A DNA stretch of 64,000 nt. Origin: Tubiluchus corallicola (lineage: Eukaryota > Animalia > Priapulida). This document shows positions 62,254 to 64,000 of this stretch, piece after piece. Where the stretch lies: NCBI GenBank assembly GCA_030141605.1, contig JAQGDQ010000601.1, positions 62,001 to 126,000 on the forward strand, given 5' to 3'. Under the pieces are notes generated by a model, which worked only from the letters and a program-made list of their open reading frames with translations, was not told the DNA's origin and ran no database searches. The position numbers and the translations under genes are program-made. Positions within the stretch are counted from its first letter, which is position 1. Each line of letters opens with the position of its first letter.

Positions 62254-62474
62254 ATCACGTGGCAGCTAAATCCCAATACTTAAAAGCAATACTGCATGAG
62301 AAGCAGCTTGAAAACTCATGATTGCGGATGCCTCTTTCCAACAACCAAGTTCTGACTCTGCAGTGTTCAGCATTATAATTCAGAGAAACAAGACTTTTGT
62401 GAAGTGAACGTTTGCTCTTCCAATTGCAGCAAAAAAAGACATTTCAACTCATTCATTAAAGCGGGATTACGTAC

Positions 62475-63251
62475 ATGATCATGCATCATTGCTATTCAGC
62501 TAACACAGACGCGCACACGGAAGAAAATCCGGTTGAAAGACCCATACATAGACCACTATTCTCTGCACATCCGAATTGCGAGTATGGACTACCACTTCCA
62601 AATTCCAGAAATCGTTCATCAAATCGGTTTTCTCATTTGCCAGCCATTGACCATGCAAATAAAGGAGCAGTTCGAGGCAAATTTGGCCGAAGACTGCGAC
62701 GAAGATCTGGTAGAGGATGGCATGGGCAAAGTCTCTCTAGGGGCATCGGGCCTGCAGGAATGGGAACACACCATTCTTTCTGGAAGGGTAGGCCTGAATC
62801 AGGACAGCGTCGCATGAAACTCCACACTATGCAAGCCTTTCAACAGTGCACTGGATCACTTAAATGGAACTATACCGATCCAACCGAGAAATTAACAGAA
62901 AAAGCGCATAAGACAGAGAGACCTTTTGTCGCAAAATGTTTCACTTTCACAATTCCCAAAGAGAACTTAATTGTGACAGTCTCGGAACAAGTTCTCCACG
63001 TTTCTGGGCAGTATGTTAGTAAAGAAACTGGTAATTTTATTGAATTGGAACAGAAGTACCAGTTGCCAAATGGCGTGGATGCTACCAAACTCAAGACCCA
63101 CATGAGGCACGGCATGCTCATTATAAAAGAGGAAAATTCTCACACAGAAATACCGGTAGTTGTTGCTAGTGATGATGATGATCATGTTAGTGATGATGGC
63201 GAGGATAACACTAGAGAGTTTATGATTACAGGTGGGCAAGAGAAAGAGTAA
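62475..63251 (+). CDS. Small heat-shock protein-like (HSP20/alpha-crystallin domain) with Arg/Gly-rich N-terminus and acidic tail
   Basis: FTFTIPKENLIVTVSEQVLHVSGQY..FIELEQKYQLPNGVDATKLKTHMRHGMLII fits the ACD beta-strand pattern, followed by an IXI/V-like EIPV motif. Start uncertain (possible acceptor TTCAG near 62499). Confidence 0.78.
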   Translation: MIMHHCYSANTDAHTEENPVERPIHRPLFSAHPNCEYGLPLPNSRNRSSNRFSHLPAIDHANKGAVRGKFGRRLRRRSGRGWHGQSLSRGIGPAGMGTHHSFWKGRPESGQRRMKLHTMQAFQQCTGSLKWNYTDPTEKLTEKAHKTERPFVAKCFTFTIPKENLIVTVSEQVLHVSGQYVSKETGNFIELEQKYQLPNGVDATKLKTHMRHGMLIIKEENSHTEIPVVVASDDDDHVSDDGEDNTREFMITGGQEKE

Positions 63252-63685
63252 CAATTATATGTTAATGAAAATATGATAATGAAAGTCGGACCAAGTTTAA
63301 GATTGCTCAATGGGAATTCCATGGGCATAATATATTACAGCTTTTGATTATTAAGGCAATTAGAAATCACGTTATGTTACTTTTGGTTTGGACACTTCAT
63401 AAAGAAAAGGTTAAAACAATGTATCTTGAACAGCAGTGCTCATGTATTTCCAATAAGATTTGAAGTCTGAATTTACTTCATTTGCAAGAAGACGTGATGA
63501 AGAAAAATACTTGCAGTGGATTATGCTGTTTCGGACTTTGCAATCTGTGATATACTACTACTATATATATATATATAACACATATAATACTTTCATTGCT
63601 TTTGTGATCTTATGGAAGGAATCTCTTCAACGTGAGCAAATTGTCGTTCTTGGCGCAATTTAAACAGTTTGATTTACAGTTTGTG

Positions 63686-63900
63686 TCATATCTGGAAAAC
63701 GCTAAAAATAGGATGGCTTTGATCGACCAAACTCATACTACTGTTGAGAAATGAAAAATTGCTAATTACATTATTAGCTCTGTGTATAAAACCGCTACGT
63801 TTGCGATTTATATCGTAGGCATCATCTGGCTTAGAGGTCTGTACACAGCCAAGATGAACTGGCCGTGTGCACCAAGTCACTGAAGTACCTGCTTAAGCAA
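63686..63900 (-). mobile_element. LINE ORF2 fragment downstream of the RT core
   Basis: HLGCVQTSKPDDAYDINRKRSGFIHRANNVISNFSFL resembles the (Y/H)LG..DD.DI.R....RAN...F segment of non-LTR ORF2. Confidence 0.6.
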
Positions 63901-64000
63901 GTTTTGGGTTAACAGTGTCGGGTCTGTTATTATTTGCATGAAACAAAATACATTTGCTTTTCACTATATTCGTTTGAATGTTGACAAAATTTATATTAAA

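Overview
AT-rich, intron- and transposon-rich animal genomic DNA, probably from a protostome invertebrate, since it carries intronless variant ionotropic receptors. In order, the window holds: two tandem intronless ionotropic receptor (IR) genes (+); a multi-exon GEMIN5 gene (-, ~7.7-30.2 kb); an intact 11-exon hybrid cluster protein (HCP/prismane, 'hydroxylamine reductase') gene with a predicted mitochondrial presequence on its own first exon (-, 32542-40592); a single-pass CUB+Ig membrane protein gene (-, ~46.4-58.8 kb); and an alpha-crystallin-domain small heat-shock protein (+). Many hAT and Tc1/pogo MITEs, LINE fragments, tandem repeats and a 5S rRNA-headed SINE with a 55-bp flanking duplication are interspersed. 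The standout is the HCP gene. This Fe-S enzyme family is typical of anaerobic prokaryotes and some microbial eukaryotes, yet here it is spliced, retains its recognisable cluster-ligand motifs, appears mitochondrion-targeted and sits next to a conserved animal gene. All exon models were assembled by hand from GT-AG sites and frame continuity; no database searches were run.
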